Positions 1 to 11,116 of a stretch of DNA of 64,000 nucleotides are shown in pieces. Each line of letters begins with the position of its first letter. Within the stretch, counting starts at the first letter, position 1. The DNA lies in assembly GCF_044324875.1 (NCBI RefSeq), contig NZ_CP172185.1. One strand, given 5' to 3'. The notes under the pieces were generated by a model, which was not told the origin of the DNA, ran no database searches, and saw nothing but the letters and a program-made list of their open reading frames with translations. The stretch is from Escherichia coli. GTDB taxonomy: Bacteria > Pseudomonadota > Gammaproteobacteria > Enterobacterales > Enterobacteriaceae. Made by a program: the position numbers and the translations under genes.

Positions 1-407
1 TCGGCGTGCCGCACAGTGACGTGACGACCGGTAAGCGACGTCACGAAGCCTACCTGGCGTTCTGCAAAGCGCATAAACTGCATCCCGTTGCCGCCCTGCC
101 AGGCCTTGCTATGAAGCAAGGCTATGAGAACGTAGCAAAAGTGATTACGCCTGAAACTACCGCCTTACTGTGCGCAACCGACACGCTGGCACTTGGTGCA
201 AGTAAATACCTGCAAGAGCAACGCATCGACACCTTGCAACTGGCGAGCGTCGGTAATACACCGTTAATGAAATTCCTCCATCCGGAGATCGTCACCGTAG
301 ATCCCGGTTACGCCGAAGCTGGACGCCAGGCGGCCTGCCAGTTGATCGCGCAGGTAACCGGGCGCAGCGAACCGCAACAAATCATCATCCCCGCCACCCT
401 GTCCTGA
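1..407 (+). CDS. treR: Trehalose operon repressor TreR, C-terminal part (5' end outside window)
   Basis: Open frame from window edge to TGA at 405-407; translated tail ...VGNTPLMKFLHPEIVTVDPGYAEAGRQAACQLIAQVTGRSEPQQIIIPATLS matches LacI-family sugar-binding domain of TreR; sits directly upstream of treB-treC. Confidence 0.9.
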   Translation, partial: GVPHSDVTTGKRRHEAYLAFCKAHKLHPVAALPGLAMKQGYENVAKVITPETTALLCATDTLALGASKYLQEQRIDTLQLASVGNTPLMKFLHPEIVTVDPGYAEAGRQAACQLIAQVTGRSEPQQIIIPATLS

Positions 408-459
408 TCGTTTCCTGAACGATAAATTGTGATCTTCGCTGCGTTTCGGGAACGTTCCC
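407..459 (+). promoter_or_regulatory. Putative TreR operators in treB promoter region (two palindromes: ATCGTTTCCTGAACGAT at 407-423 and GGGAACGTTCCC at 448-459)
   Basis: Two near-perfect inverted repeats read directly in the treR-treB spacer; LacI-family repressors bind such palindromes. Assignment to TreR is inference. Confidence 0.4.
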
Positions 460-525
460 GTTTTTAAATTTTTCCGCGCAATATATTCTGCAGCCAACCA
501 AAAATGTCATCTGCCATGGGGCTTT

Positions 526-1947
526 ATGATGAGCAAAATAAACCAAACGGATATCGATCGGTTGATTGAACTGGTCGGCGGGCGCGGCAATATTGCGACG
601 GTGAGCCACTGTATTACTCGTCTGCGCTTTGTCCTCAACCAACCGGCCAATGCCAGACCGAAAGAAATTGAGCAACTCCCCATGGTGAAAGGCTGTTTCA
701 CCAATGCCGGGCAATTTCAGGTGGTGATTGGCACCAACGTGGGTGATTACTATCAAGCACTGATAGCGTCAACCGGACAGGCGCAGGTTGATAAAGAGCA
801 GGTAAAAAAAGCCGCCCGGCAGAATATGAAATGGCATGAGCAGTTGATCTCTCATTTCGCGGAGATCTTCTTCCCGTTGCTGCCCGCGCTGATTAGCGGC
901 GGTTTGATCCTCGGTTTTCGCAATGTGATCGGCGATTTGCCCATGAGCAACGGTCAGACGCTGGCGCAAATGTACCCTTCCCTGCAAACGATCTACGATT
1001 TTCTGTGGTTGATCGGTGAAGCGATTTTCTTCTACCTGCCGGTCGGGATTTGCTGGTCAGCGGTGAAAAAAATGGGCGGCACGCCGATCCTTGGTATCGT
1101 GCTTGGCGTAACGCTGGTTTCTCCACAGCTGATGAACGCTTATCTGCTCGGGCAGCAGCTGCCGGAAGTGTGGGACTTTGGCATGTTCAGCATCGCCAAA
1201 GTGGGCTATCAGGCGCAGGTGATCCCGGCACTGTTAGCCGGGCTGGCGCTGGGCGTTATTGAAACTCGTCTTAAGCGCATCGTGCCGGATTACCTCTATC
1301 TGGTGGTGGTGCCCGTCTGTTCGCTGATCCTCGCGGTGTTCCTCGCCCATGCGCTGATTGGTCCGTTTGGTCGCATGATTGGCGATGGCGTTGCCTTTGC
1401 GGTACGTCACCTGATGACCGGCAGCTTTGCTCCGATTGGCGCGGCATTGTTTGGCTTCCTGTACGCCCCGCTGGTGATCACCGGCGTACACCAGACCACG
1501 CTTGCTATTGATTTGCAGATGATTCAAAGCATGGGTGGCACGCCAGTGTGGCCGCTGATTGCACTGTCGAATATCGCTCAGGGCTCCGCCGTGATAGGTA
1601 TTATCATTTCCAGCCGCAAGCACAATGAACGCGAGATCTCCGTGCCTGCCGCTATCTCCGCCTGGCTTGGAGTCACTGAGCCTGCTATGTACGGCATCAA
1701 CCTGAAATATCGCTTCCCGATGCTGTGCGCGATGATTGGTTCTGGTCTGGCAGGATTGCTATGCGGCCTGAACGGCGTTATGGCGAATGGCATCGGCGTA
1801 GGCGGCCTGCCGGGAATTCTCTCGATTCAACCGAGCTACTGGCAGGTGTTTGCGCTGGCAATGGCTATCGCCATCATCATCCCGATTGTACTCACCTCGT
1901 TTATCTATCAGCGGAAATACCGCCTGGGCACGCTGGACATTGTTTAA
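526..1947 (+). CDS. treB: PTS trehalose-specific EIIBC component
   Basis: 473-aa ORF, N-terminus MMSKINQTDIDRLIELVGGRGNIATVSHCITRLRF (EIIB Cys motif) followed by polytopic membrane domain; followed by treC. Confidence 0.97.
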   Translation: MMSKINQTDIDRLIELVGGRGNIATVSHCITRLRFVLNQPANARPKEIEQLPMVKGCFTNAGQFQVVIGTNVGDYYQALIASTGQAQVDKEQVKKAARQNMKWHEQLISHFAEIFFPLLPALISGGLILGFRNVIGDLPMSNGQTLAQMYPSLQTIYDFLWLIGEAIFFYLPVGICWSAVKKMGGTPILGIVLGVTLVSPQLMNAYLLGQQLPEVWDFGMFSIAKVGYQAQVIPALLAGLALGVIETRLKRIVPDYLYLVVVPVCSLILAVFLAHALIGPFGRMIGDGVAFAVRHLMTGSFAPIGAALFGFLYAPLVITGVHQTTLAIDLQMIQSMGGTPVWPLIALSNIAQGSAVIGIIISSRKHNEREISVPAAISAWLGVTEPAMYGINLKYRFPMLCAMIGSGLAGLLCGLNGVMANGIGVGGLPGILSIQPSYWQVFALAMAIAIIIPIVLTSFIYQRKYRLGTLDIV

Positions 1948-1996
1948 TTTTCTTCGGGGCGCAATTGCGCCCCCTCGCATTTGCAGGAATAACGTA

Positions 1997-3652
1997 ATGA
2001 CTCATCTTCCCCACTGGTGGCAAAACGGCGTTATCTACCAGATTTATCCAAAGAGTTTTCAGGACACCACGGGTAGCGGCACCGGCGATTTACGTGGCGT
2101 TATCCAACGCCTGGACTATCTGCATAAACTGGGCGTTGATGCCATCTGGCTAACCCCCTTTTATGTCTCTCCCCAGGTCGATAACGGTTACGACGTAGCG
2201 AATTATACGGCGATTGATCCCACCTATGGCACGCTGGACGATTTTGACGAACTGGTGACGCAGGCAAAATCTCGCGGGATTCGTATCATTCTCGATATGG
2301 TGTTTAACCATACCTCTACCCAACATGCCTGGTTTCGCGAGGCGCTGAACAAAGAAAGCCCTTACCGCCAGTTTTATATCTGGCGCGATGGCGAACCAGA
2401 AACGCCACCGAACAACTGGCGTTCAAAATTTGGCGGTAGTGCGTGGCGCTGGCATGCGGAAAGCGAACAGTACTATTTGCATCTCTTTGCACCAGAACAG
2501 GCGGATCTCAACTGGGAGAATCCAGCGGTACGCGCAGAGCTGAAAAAAGTCTGTGAGTTCTGGGCCGATCGTGGGGTCGACGGGTTGCGGCTGGATGTGG
2601 TGAATCTGATCTCCAAAGATCCGCGTTACCCTGAAGACCTGGATGGCGACGGGCGTCGCTTCTACACCGACGGGCCACGAGCACACGAGTTTTTGCACGA
2701 GATGAACCGCGATGTGTTTACGCCACGCGGGTTAATGACCGTAGGTGAAATGTCCTCCACCAGCCTTGAGCATTGCCAGCGATACGCGGCTCTGACAGGC
2801 AGTGAATTGTCGATGACCTTTAATTTTCATCACCTGAAGGTCGATTATCCCGGTGGTGAGAAATGGACGCTGGCTAAACCTGACTTTGTGGCGTTGAAAA
2901 CATTGTTCCGCCACTGGCAACAAGGAATGCACAACGTGGCATGGAATGCCTTGTTCTGGTGTAACCACGATCAGCCGCGCATTGTTTCTCGCTTTGGTGA
3001 TGAAGGTGAATACCGCGTGCCTGCGGCAAAAATGCTGGCGATGGTGCTGCATGGCATGCAGGGAACGCCGTATATCTACCAGGGCGAAGAGATTGGCATG
3101 ACCAACCCGCATTTCACGCGCATTACTGACTATCGCGACGTGGAGAGCCTCAATATGTTTGCCGAGCTGCGCAACGATGGTCGTGATGCCGACGAGTTAT
3201 TGGCAATCCTCGCCAGTAAATCCCGTGACAACAGTCGCACCCCCATGCAATGGAGCAACGGCGATAATGCCGGGTTTACGGCTGGCGAACCGTGGATTAG
3301 CCTGGGCGATAACTATCAGGAAATCAACGTAGAAGCTGCGCTGACCGATGAGTCCTCGGTGTTTTACACCTACCAAAAGTTAATCGCACTGCGTAAGCAA
3401 GAAGCCGTCCTGACATGGGGCGATTACCAGGATCTGCTGCCAAACAGCCCTGTATTGTGGTGCTATCGCCGTGAATGGAAGGGGCAAACCTTGTTGGTCA
3501 TTGCCAACCTTAGCCGTGAGACCCAACCCTGGCAGCCAGGGAAAATGCTCGGCAACTGGCAGCTTGTGATGCATAACTACGAAGAAGCCTCACCACAACC
3601 CTGTGCCATGACTTTACGGCCTTTTGAGGCTGTCTGGTGGTTACAGAAGTAA
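1997..3652 (+). CDS. treC: Trehalose-6-phosphate hydrolase
   Basis: 551-aa product starting MTHLPHWWQNGVIYQIYPKSF (GH13 alpha-amylase family); ATG at 1997 inside longer ORF-track call 1850..3652. Confidence 0.96.
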   Translation: MTHLPHWWQNGVIYQIYPKSFQDTTGSGTGDLRGVIQRLDYLHKLGVDAIWLTPFYVSPQVDNGYDVANYTAIDPTYGTLDDFDELVTQAKSRGIRIILDMVFNHTSTQHAWFREALNKESPYRQFYIWRDGEPETPPNNWRSKFGGSAWRWHAESEQYYLHLFAPEQADLNWENPAVRAELKKVCEFWADRGVDGLRLDVVNLISKDPRYPEDLDGDGRRFYTDGPRAHEFLHEMNRDVFTPRGLMTVGEMSSTSLEHCQRYAALTGSELSMTFNFHHLKVDYPGGEKWTLAKPDFVALKTLFRHWQQGMHNVAWNALFWCNHDQPRIVSRFGDEGEYRVPAAKMLAMVLHGMQGTPYIYQGEEIGMTNPHFTRITDYRDVESLNMFAELRNDGRDADELLAILASKSRDNSRTPMQWSNGDNAGFTAGEPWISLGDNYQEINVEAALTDESSVFYTYQKLIALRKQEAVLTWGDYQDLLPNSPVLWCYRREWKGQTLLVIANLSRETQPWQPGKMLGNWQLVMHNYEEASPQPCAMTLRPFEAVWWLQK

Positions 3653-3663
3653 ATCTTCGCTAA

Positions 3664-3694
3664 GCCCCGGTAATGCCTGTCATTCCGGGGTTTT
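3664..3694 (+). terminator. Rho-independent terminator after treC
   Basis: GC hairpin (CCCCGG...CCGGGG) followed by TTTT immediately 3' of treC stop. Confidence 0.6.
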
Positions 3695-3716
3695 GCCTGT
3701 CAGTATGTTGTTTTTG

Positions 3717-3900
3717 TTGATTTTATAATCAAAAAATTCATTAAAAAATTTACATATCGCTGTAGCGCCCGTCATCCGTACGCTCTGCTTTTTACTTTGA
3801 GCTACATCAAAAAAAGTTCAAACATCCTTGATGCAAAGCACTATATATAGACTTTAAAATGCGTCCCAACCCAATATGTTGTATTAATCGACTATAATTG
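3717..3900 (+). promoter_or_regulatory. nrdDG promoter region: FNR-like half-site palindrome TTGATTTTATAATCAA (3717-3732), two NrdR-box-like AT-rich palindromes (CACTATATATAG at 3839-3850; CAATATGTTGTA near 3872-3883), -10 TATAAT at 3894-3899
   Basis: Motifs read from sequence; nrdDG is known to be FNR-activated and NrdR-repressed; exact site assignment is inference. Confidence 0.4.
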
Positions 3901-4045
3901 CTACTACAGCTCCCCACGAAAAAGGTGCGGCGTTGTGGATAAGCGGATGGCGATTGCGGAAAGCACCGGAAAACGAAACAAAAAAACCGGAAAACGTCTT
4001 TCCCAATTTCTGTGGATAACCTGTTCTTAAAAATATGGAGCGATC

Positions 4046-6184
4046 ATGACACCGCATGTGATGAAACGAGACGGCTGCAAAGTGCCGTTTAAATCAGAGC
4101 GCATCAAAGAAGCGATTCTGCGTGCAGCTAAAGCAGCGGAAGTCGATGATGCCGATTATTGCGCCACTGTTGCTGCGGTTGTCAGCGAGCAGATGCAGGG
4201 CCGCAACCAGGTGGATATCAATGAGATCCAGACCGCAGTTGAAAACCAGCTGATGTCGGGTCCATACAAACAACTGGCTCGTGCTTACATCGAGTACCGT
4301 CACGATCGCGACATTGAACGTGAAAAACGCGGTCGCCTGAACCAGGAGATCCGTGGTCTGGTCGAGCAGACCAACTCCTCGTTACTCAACGAAAACGCCA
4401 ACAAAGACAGCAAGGTGATTCCAACCCAGCGCGACCTGCTGGCCGGGATCGTGGCTAAACACTATGCACGCCAGCACCTGCTGCCGCGTGACGTGGTGCA
4501 GGCACATGAGCGTGGCGATATTCACTATCACGATCTCGATTACTCGCCGTTCTTCCCGATGTTCAACTGCATGTTGATCGACCTGAAAGGCATGCTGACC
4601 CAGGGCTTCAAGATGGGGAATGCCGAGATTGAACCGCCGAAGTCGATCTCTACGGCAACCGCTGTAACTGCGCAGATTATTGCTCAGGTCGCCAGCCATA
4701 TTTATGGCGGCACCACCATTAACCGTATCGATGAAGTGCTGGCACCGTTTGTCACCGCCAGCTACAACAAACATCGCAAGACCGCAGAAGAGTGGAACAT
4801 CCCGGACGCCGAAGGCTACGCTAACTCTCGAACCATCAAAGAGTGCTACGATGCCTTCCAGTCGCTGGAGTACGAAGTAAACACCCTGCACACCGCCAAC
4901 GGTCAAACACCGTTTGTGACCTTTGGTTTTGGTCTGGGCACCAGCTGGGAGTCGCGCCTGATTCAGGAATCTATCCTGCGTAATCGTATCGCAGGCCTCG
5001 GTAAAAACCGTAAAACTGCGGTGTTCCCGAAACTGGTGTTTGCGATTCGCGATGGCCTGAACCATAAAAAAGGCGATCCGAACTACGACATCAAACAGCT
5101 GGCGCTGGAGTGCGCAAGCAAGCGCATGTATCCGGATATCCTGAACTACGATCAGGTAGTGAAAGTCACCGGTTCGTTTAAAACCCCGATGGGCTGCCGC
5201 AGCTTCCTCGGCGTGTGGGAAAATGAAAACGGCGAGCAGATCCACGATGGTCGTAACAACCTCGGCGTGATCAGCCTGAACCTGCCGCGTATTGCTCTGG
5301 AAGCAAAAGGCGATGAAGCCACTTTCTGGAAGCTGCTGGATGAACGTCTGGTGCTGGCACGTAAGGCGCTGATGACCCGTATCGCCCGTCTGGAAGGCGT
5401 GAAGGCACGCGTAGCTCCTATCCTCTATATGGAAGGTGCTTGTGGCGTGCGTCTGAATGCTGACGATGATGTTTCTGAAATCTTCAAAAATGGTCGTGCG
5501 TCTATTTCGCTGGGCTACATCGGCATCCACGAAACCATTAACGCGTTGTTCGGCGGCGAGCATGTTTACGACAACGAGCAGCTTCGCGCGAAAGGTATCG
5601 CGATTGTTGAACGTCTGCGTCAGGCGGTGGATCAGTGGAAAGAAGAAACGGGTTACGGTTTCAGTCTCTACAGCACGCCGAGTGAAAACCTGTGCGACCG
5701 CTTCTGCCGTCTCGATACCGCTGAGTTTGGCGTGGTGCCGGGCGTGACCGATAAAGGTTACTACACCAACAGTTTCCACCTCGATGTGGAGAAGAAGGTG
5801 AATCCGTACGACAAGATCGACTTTGAAGCACCTTACCCGCCACTGGCGAACGGTGGCTTCATTTGCTACGGCGAGTATCCAAACATTCAGCACAACCTGA
5901 AGGCGCTGGAAGATGTCTGGGATTACAGCTATCAGCATGTACCGTATTACGGCACCAATACGCCGATCGATGAGTGCTACGAGTGTGGCTTTACCGGCGA
6001 GTTCGAGTGCACCAGCAAAGGCTTCACTTGTCCGAAATGTGGTAACCATGACGCCTCTCGTGTGTCGGTGACTCGCCGCGTGTGCGGATATTTAGGTAGC
6101 CCGGATGCACGTCCGTTTAACGCTGGTAAGCAGGAAGAAGTTAAGCGCCGCGTTAAACATTTGGGAAATGGGCAGATAGGGTAA
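4046..6184 (+). CDS. nrdD: Anaerobic ribonucleoside-triphosphate reductase (class III RNR)
   Basis: 712-aa ORF, MTPHVMKRDGCKVPFKSERIKEAIL N-terminal ATP-cone; C-terminal glycyl-radical region and Zn-ribbon cysteines (CYECGFTGEFECTSKGFTCPKCG). Confidence 0.97.
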   Translation: MTPHVMKRDGCKVPFKSERIKEAILRAAKAAEVDDADYCATVAAVVSEQMQGRNQVDINEIQTAVENQLMSGPYKQLARAYIEYRHDRDIEREKRGRLNQEIRGLVEQTNSSLLNENANKDSKVIPTQRDLLAGIVAKHYARQHLLPRDVVQAHERGDIHYHDLDYSPFFPMFNCMLIDLKGMLTQGFKMGNAEIEPPKSISTATAVTAQIIAQVASHIYGGTTINRIDEVLAPFVTASYNKHRKTAEEWNIPDAEGYANSRTIKECYDAFQSLEYEVNTLHTANGQTPFVTFGFGLGTSWESRLIQESILRNRIAGLGKNRKTAVFPKLVFAIRDGLNHKKGDPNYDIKQLALECASKRMYPDILNYDQVVKVTGSFKTPMGCRSFLGVWENENGEQIHDGRNNLGVISLNLPRIALEAKGDEATFWKLLDERLVLARKALMTRIARLEGVKARVAPILYMEGACGVRLNADDDVSEIFKNGRASISLGYIGIHETINALFGGEHVYDNEQLRAKGIAIVERLRQAVDQWKEETGYGFSLYSTPSENLCDRFCRLDTAEFGVVPGVTDKGYYTNSFHLDVEKKVNPYDKIDFEAPYPPLANGGFICYGEYPNIQHNLKALEDVWDYSYQHVPYYGTNTPIDECYECGFTGEFECTSKGFTCPKCGNHDASRVSVTRRVCGYLGSPDARPFNAGKQEEVKRRVKHLGNGQIG

Positions 6185-6207
6185 TCTTCACTCTGCGTTA
6201 AGCAAAT

Positions 6208-6320
<113 letters not shown>

Positions 6321-6341
6321 ACTGATAAGCCAGGCGAAATA

Positions 6342-6806
6342 ATGAATTATCATCAGTACTATCCTGTCGACATCGTCAACGGCCCCGGCACTCGCTGTAC
6401 CCTGTTTGTCTCCGGGTGTGTTCATGAATGCCCCGGTTGCTATAACAAAAGCACCTGGCGGGTAAATTCCGGTCAGCCATTTACCAAAGCAATGGAAGAC
6501 CAGATCATTAACGATCTAAATGACACTCGCATCAAACGCCAGGGTATTTCCCTCTCCGGCGGCGATCCGCTGCATCCGCAAAACGTGCCGGATATTCTGA
6601 AACTGGTACAACGCATCCGCGCCGAATGTCCGGGTAAAGACATCTGGGTGTGGACAGGCTATAAACTCGACGAACTCAACGCTGCGCAAATGCAGGTTGT
6701 TGATTTGATTAACGTACTGGTCGACGGCAAATTTGTGCAGGATTTAAAAGACCCTTCCCTGATCTGGCGCGGCAGCAGCAATCAGGTGGTGCATCATTTG
6801 CGATGA
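6342..6806 (+). CDS. nrdG: Anaerobic RNR activating enzyme (radical SAM)
   Basis: 154-aa ORF with CxxxCxxC-like cluster (CVHECPGCYN) directly downstream of nrdD. Confidence 0.95.
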   Translation: MNYHQYYPVDIVNGPGTRCTLFVSGCVHECPGCYNKSTWRVNSGQPFTKAMEDQIINDLNDTRIKRQGISLSGGDPLHPQNVPDILKLVQRIRAECPGKDIWVWTGYKLDELNAAQMQVVDLINVLVDGKFVQDLKDPSLIWRGSSNQVVHHLR

Positions 6807-6850
6807 TAAGTTCCCTGTTACCTGAGTGCAGGCAACAGGGAAATAAGGAA

Positions 6851-7240
<390 letters not shown>

Positions 7241-7420
7241 TCACTTCCTTTTTTATTTACACTTCATCCTTCACACTGCCTCATCGACGGCTACGCTCAT
7301 TCGCCCGAGTCACGTACTACGAGTACGCTCCCCGGCTCTTATTCGCTTTCCGTCTCGATGCAGTGCGAATGATTTTGTGTAATTTTTTAGTTTATAGCGC
7401 GGCAGGTCGCGCCAGTTTTT

Positions 7421-8773
7421 TTACTGCCCGGCGATTTTCATCTCCGGCAACAGCACAGAACCACACTGTATATTACTGCGTGTTTCAATATCGTTACCGA
7501 CGGTGACAATATTGCGCCACATATCTTTTAAATTACCTGCGATGGTGATTTCACTCACCGGATACTGAATTTCGCCATTCTCTACCCAGAAGCCCGCTGC
7601 ACCACGGGAATAATCACCGGTAATGGCACTTACGCCCTGGCCCATCAGCTCCGTCACCACCAGCCCGGTGCCCATCTCTTTGAGCATTTGTTCGAAGCTT
7701 AGCCCTTGTCCGGCAATCCGCCAGTTGTGAATACCGCCCGCATGTCCGGTGCTTTTCAGCCCCAGTTTCCGCGCCGAATAGCTGGTCAGCAGCCACTGAG
7801 TCAGGATGCCATCTTTGACGATATCGCGGCGCTCGGTGCGCACACCTTCGCTGTCGAATGGCGTCGACGCCAGCCCTTTCAGCAGATGCGGATGCTCTTC
7901 AATGGTCAGCCAGTCCGGCAGAATTTGTTTACCCAGCGAATCCAGCAGGAAGGTAGATTTACGGTAAACCGATCCACCCGCTATCGCCCCCACCAGATGC
8001 CCAAAAAGCCCGGTTGCCACTTCATTGGCAAAAATGACCGGCGCTTTCATGGTGGAGAGTTTACGCGGTGACAGGCGCGATAAAGTACGGCGAGCACAGT
8101 CGGCCCCAACCCACTCTGGCGTTTGCAGATCGCTCATCGCACGACCAATGGTGTAGGCGTAATCACGCTCCATATCGCCATTTTCTTCAGCAATTACACA
8201 GCTGGAGAGCGAATGACGCGTTGAGCAGTAACCCTGCAACATGCCGTGGCTGTTGCCAAAAACTTTGACACCGTAGTGGCTGTTAAAGCTGCCACCTTCG
8301 GTATTGGTGATGCGTTTGTCCGCCTGCAATGCTGCCTGTTCTGCGCGGGCCGCCAGTTCAATGGCTTCATCCGGGGAAACTTCCGCAGGGTGGAACAAGT
8401 CGAGATCCGGTGCGTCAAAGGCCAGCAGCTCTTTGTCTGCCACGCCGGCACAGGGATCTGGCGAGGTATAACGGGCAATATCTAGCGCCGCCTGTACGGT
8501 GCGAGCAATGGCCTGCGGGCTTAAATCGGTAGACGATGCGCTACCTTTGCGGTTCTGGTGATAAACAGTGATCCCCAGCGCGCCATCGCTATTGAATTCA
8601 ACATTCTCCACTTCACCATAACGCGTGCTTACGCTAATGCCGGTGGTCTTGCTGACGGCAACTTCCGCACCGTCCGATTTGCCTGAGGCCAACTCCAGCG
8701 CAGTGGAAACTGCTTCTTCCAGAATCTTGCGCTGCGCTTCAACTTGAGAGATTACTTTCATTGCAAGTGCCAT
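7421..8773 (-). CDS. pmbA: Metalloprotease PmbA/TldE
   Basis: 450-aa [32 protein letters not shown]..., TldD/PmbA family. Confidence 0.95.
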   Translation of the reverse strand: MALAMKVISQVEAQRKILEEAVSTALELASGKSDGAEVAVSKTTGISVSTRYGEVENVEFNSDGALGITVYHQNRKGSASSTDLSPQAIARTVQAALDIARYTSPDPCAGVADKELLAFDAPDLDLFHPAEVSPDEAIELAARAEQAALQADKRITNTEGGSFNSHYGVKVFGNSHGMLQGYCSTRHSLSSCVIAEENGDMERDYAYTIGRAMSDLQTPEWVGADCARRTLSRLSPRKLSTMKAPVIFANEVATGLFGHLVGAIAGGSVYRKSTFLLDSLGKQILPDWLTIEEHPHLLKGLASTPFDSEGVRTERRDIVKDGILTQWLLTSYSARKLGLKSTGHAGGIHNWRIAGQGLSFEQMLKEMGTGLVVTELMGQGVSAITGDYSRGAAGFWVENGEIQYPVSEITIAGNLKDMWRNIVTVGNDIETRSNIQCGSVLLPEMKIAGQ

Positions 8774-8866
8774 AATGTAGAGAGTTTCTCTGAAGTCTAA
8801 CAGAGAACCGTTTTTCAGTGCGCATCTTAACTGGTAACATTAGCCTCTTTTTTTAAGGAGCCTGAG

Positions 8867-9418
8867 ATGACTAAGCAGCCCGAAGACTGGCTCGACGACG
8901 TTCCCGGTGATGACATCGAAGACGAAGACGATGAAATTATCTGGGTCAGTAAAAGTGAAATTAAACGCGATGCCGAGGAGCTAAAACGCCTGGGCGCGGA
9001 AATTGTTGATCTGGGGAAAAACGCGCTGGATAAGATCCCGTTAGATGCGGATCTGCGTGCGGCTATTGAGCTCGCCCAGCGTATTAAGATGGAAGGTCGC
9101 CGCCGCCAGTTGCAGCTCATCGGTAAGATGCTGCGCCAGCGCGACGTAGAACCGATCCGTCAGGCGCTGGATAAGCTGAAAAACCGCCACAACCAGCAGG
9201 TGGTGCTGTTCCATAAACTGGAAAACCTGCGCGATCGTCTGATCGACCAGGGTGATGATGCCATCGCTGAAGTATTAAATCTGTGGCCCGATGCCGATCG
9301 TCAGCAACTGCGTACTCTGATCCGCAACGCGAAGAAAGAGAAAGAAGGGAATAAGCCGCCGAAATCCGCACGCCAGATTTTCCAGTATCTGCGCGAGTTA
9401 GCAGAGAACGAAGGGTAA
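8867..9418 (+). CDS. yjgA: Ribosome-associated protein YjgA (DarP), DUF615
   Basis: 183-aa acidic/basic [38 protein letters not shown]...; divergent from pmbA as in E. coli. Confidence 0.93.
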
Positions 9419-9444
9419 TTTTCGTTGTTGATGTGAGTATGGTT

Positions 9445-9550
9445 TGCCGGATACGGTGCACCTGTAGGCCTGATAAGACGCATCAAGCGTCGCATCAGGC
9501 ACTATGCTCAAATGCCGGATGCGGCGTAAACGCCTTATCCGGCATACACA
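9445..9550. repeat. REP/BIME cluster
   Basis: GCCGGATACGG...TGTAGGCCTGATAAGACGC...GCGTCGCATCAGGC...GCCGGATGCGGCGTAAACGCCTTATCCGGC units between yjgA and mpl. Confidence 0.85.
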
Positions 9551-9567
9551 CATGCAAGGCTTCAGAA

Positions 9568-10941
9568 TTACTGCGCGGCTTCCGCTTTCTTCGCCAGACC
9601 ATCCAGCAGTTTCTGATGGATCCCACCAAAACCGCCGTTGCTCATCACCAGAATATGGTCGCCAGGCTGAGCGGTTTTCACCACCATATCTGCCAGCGTA
9701 TCCACATCGCCGCTCCAGTGTGCAGGCTGAACGCAGGCTTCTGCCACTTCTGCCACCTGCCACGGAATATGCGCCGGTTGCAGCAGGAAGACTTCATCGG
9801 CACGACCTAATGAAGGTGCCAGATCGTCTTTGCAGATCCCCATTTTCATGGTATTCGAGCGCGGTTCCAGCACAGCAATAATGCGCGCCGTACCACCAAC
9901 TTTGCCACGCAGCGCCGCCAGCGTTGCCAGAATCGCCGTCGGGTGATGGGCGAAATCGTCATATACCGTCACACCATTCGCTTCACCACGCAACTCCAGA
10001 CGGCGACGAGCATTAATAAACGAACCCAGCGCGTTAGCGGCATCTGCCGGCGCTACACCAACATGGCGAGCCGCCGCAATCGCCATCAGGCCATTGTGCA
10101 TATTATGTTCGCCTACCAGCGACCATTTCACTTCGCCCACTTTTTCGCCATCCAGCAAGACTTCCCATTCGGAAGCATCGGTGGTCTGCTTTTTCGCCTG
10201 CCAGTGACCCTGCTCGCCCACCAGCTCCTGCTCGCTCCAGCAGCCCATCGCCATGGTCTGTTTCAGGTTGATGTCGTTTTCCGGCCAGATAATACGGCCC
10301 TGCCCCGGAACGATACGCACCAGATGGTGGAACTGTTTCTGGATCGCTTTCAGGTCGTCAAAGATATCGGCGTGATCGAACTCAAGGTTGTTGAGGATCA
10401 GCGTACGCGGGCAGTAATGGACAAATTTAGAGCGTTTGTCGAAGAAGGCGCAGTCGTACTCATCCGCTTCGATAACAAAGAAGTCGCTTTCGCCCAGACG
10501 CGCCGAGACCTCAAAGTTCCCCGGCACACCGCCGATCACAAATCCGGGTTTGTAACCGCACTGTTCCAGAATCCAGGTCGCCATTCCCGCCGTGGTGGTT
10601 TTGCCGTGTGTACCAGCAACGGCCAGCACCCAGCGGTCGCGCAGCACAAAATCGTGCAGCCACTGCGGACCTGACATATAAGGGATGTTTTTTTCCAGTA
10701 CCGCTTCCACACACGGATTTCCACGGGTCATGGCGTTGCCAATAATCACCAGATCCGGCTGCGGGTCGAGCTGGCTGGCATCGTAACCCTGAATCAGTTC
10801 AATGCCTTGCTTCTCAAGTAAGGTGCTCATCGGCGGATACACATTGGCGTCCGAACCCGTTACTTCATGGCCTAACTGGCGCGCCAGCATCGCCAGACCG
10901 CCCATAAACGTGCCACAAATTCCTAAAATATGAATGCGCAT
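9568..10941 (-). CDS. mpl: UDP-N-acetylmuramate:L-alanyl-gamma-D-glutamyl-meso-DAP ligase (murein peptide ligase)
   Basis: 457-aa [34 protein letters not shown] (Mur ligase family). Confidence 0.96.
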
Positions 10942-11116
10942 ACGTCACTATCCTTTTTTAATCTGGCGCTCATTTTACGCATATGTCGGGCAAGTGAGAA
11001 ACGCATTTCAGGATAATCCGCAATTTGCTGGCGCGATTCACCTGAGCGAAGCATTGAGATTATTTGTTAAGATTGTTGCGGTCGCTTTACTCCATAAACA
11101 TTGCAGGGAAAGTTTT

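Noticed and set aside
1850-1996. Upstream extension of the treC ORF overlapping the treB 3' end
   Set aside because: Extension created by an alternative start in the ORF track; the conserved TreC N-terminus begins at ATG 1997.
4382-6049. 555-aa ORF on the minus strand entirely inside nrdD
   Set aside because: Antisense to a highly conserved, clearly coding gene; no start context or homology signal; typical long spurious frame in GC-rich coding DNA.
9433-9881. Two 125-aa plus-strand ORFs spanning the REP cluster and the mpl 3' end
   Set aside because: Run through REP repeats and antisense mpl; Arg/Cys/His-rich artefactual translations.
10934-11116. Upstream extension of the fbp ORF overlapping the mpl start
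   Set aside because: Fbp conserved N-terminus MKTLGEF begins at 11117; the extension would overlap the divergent mpl start codon.
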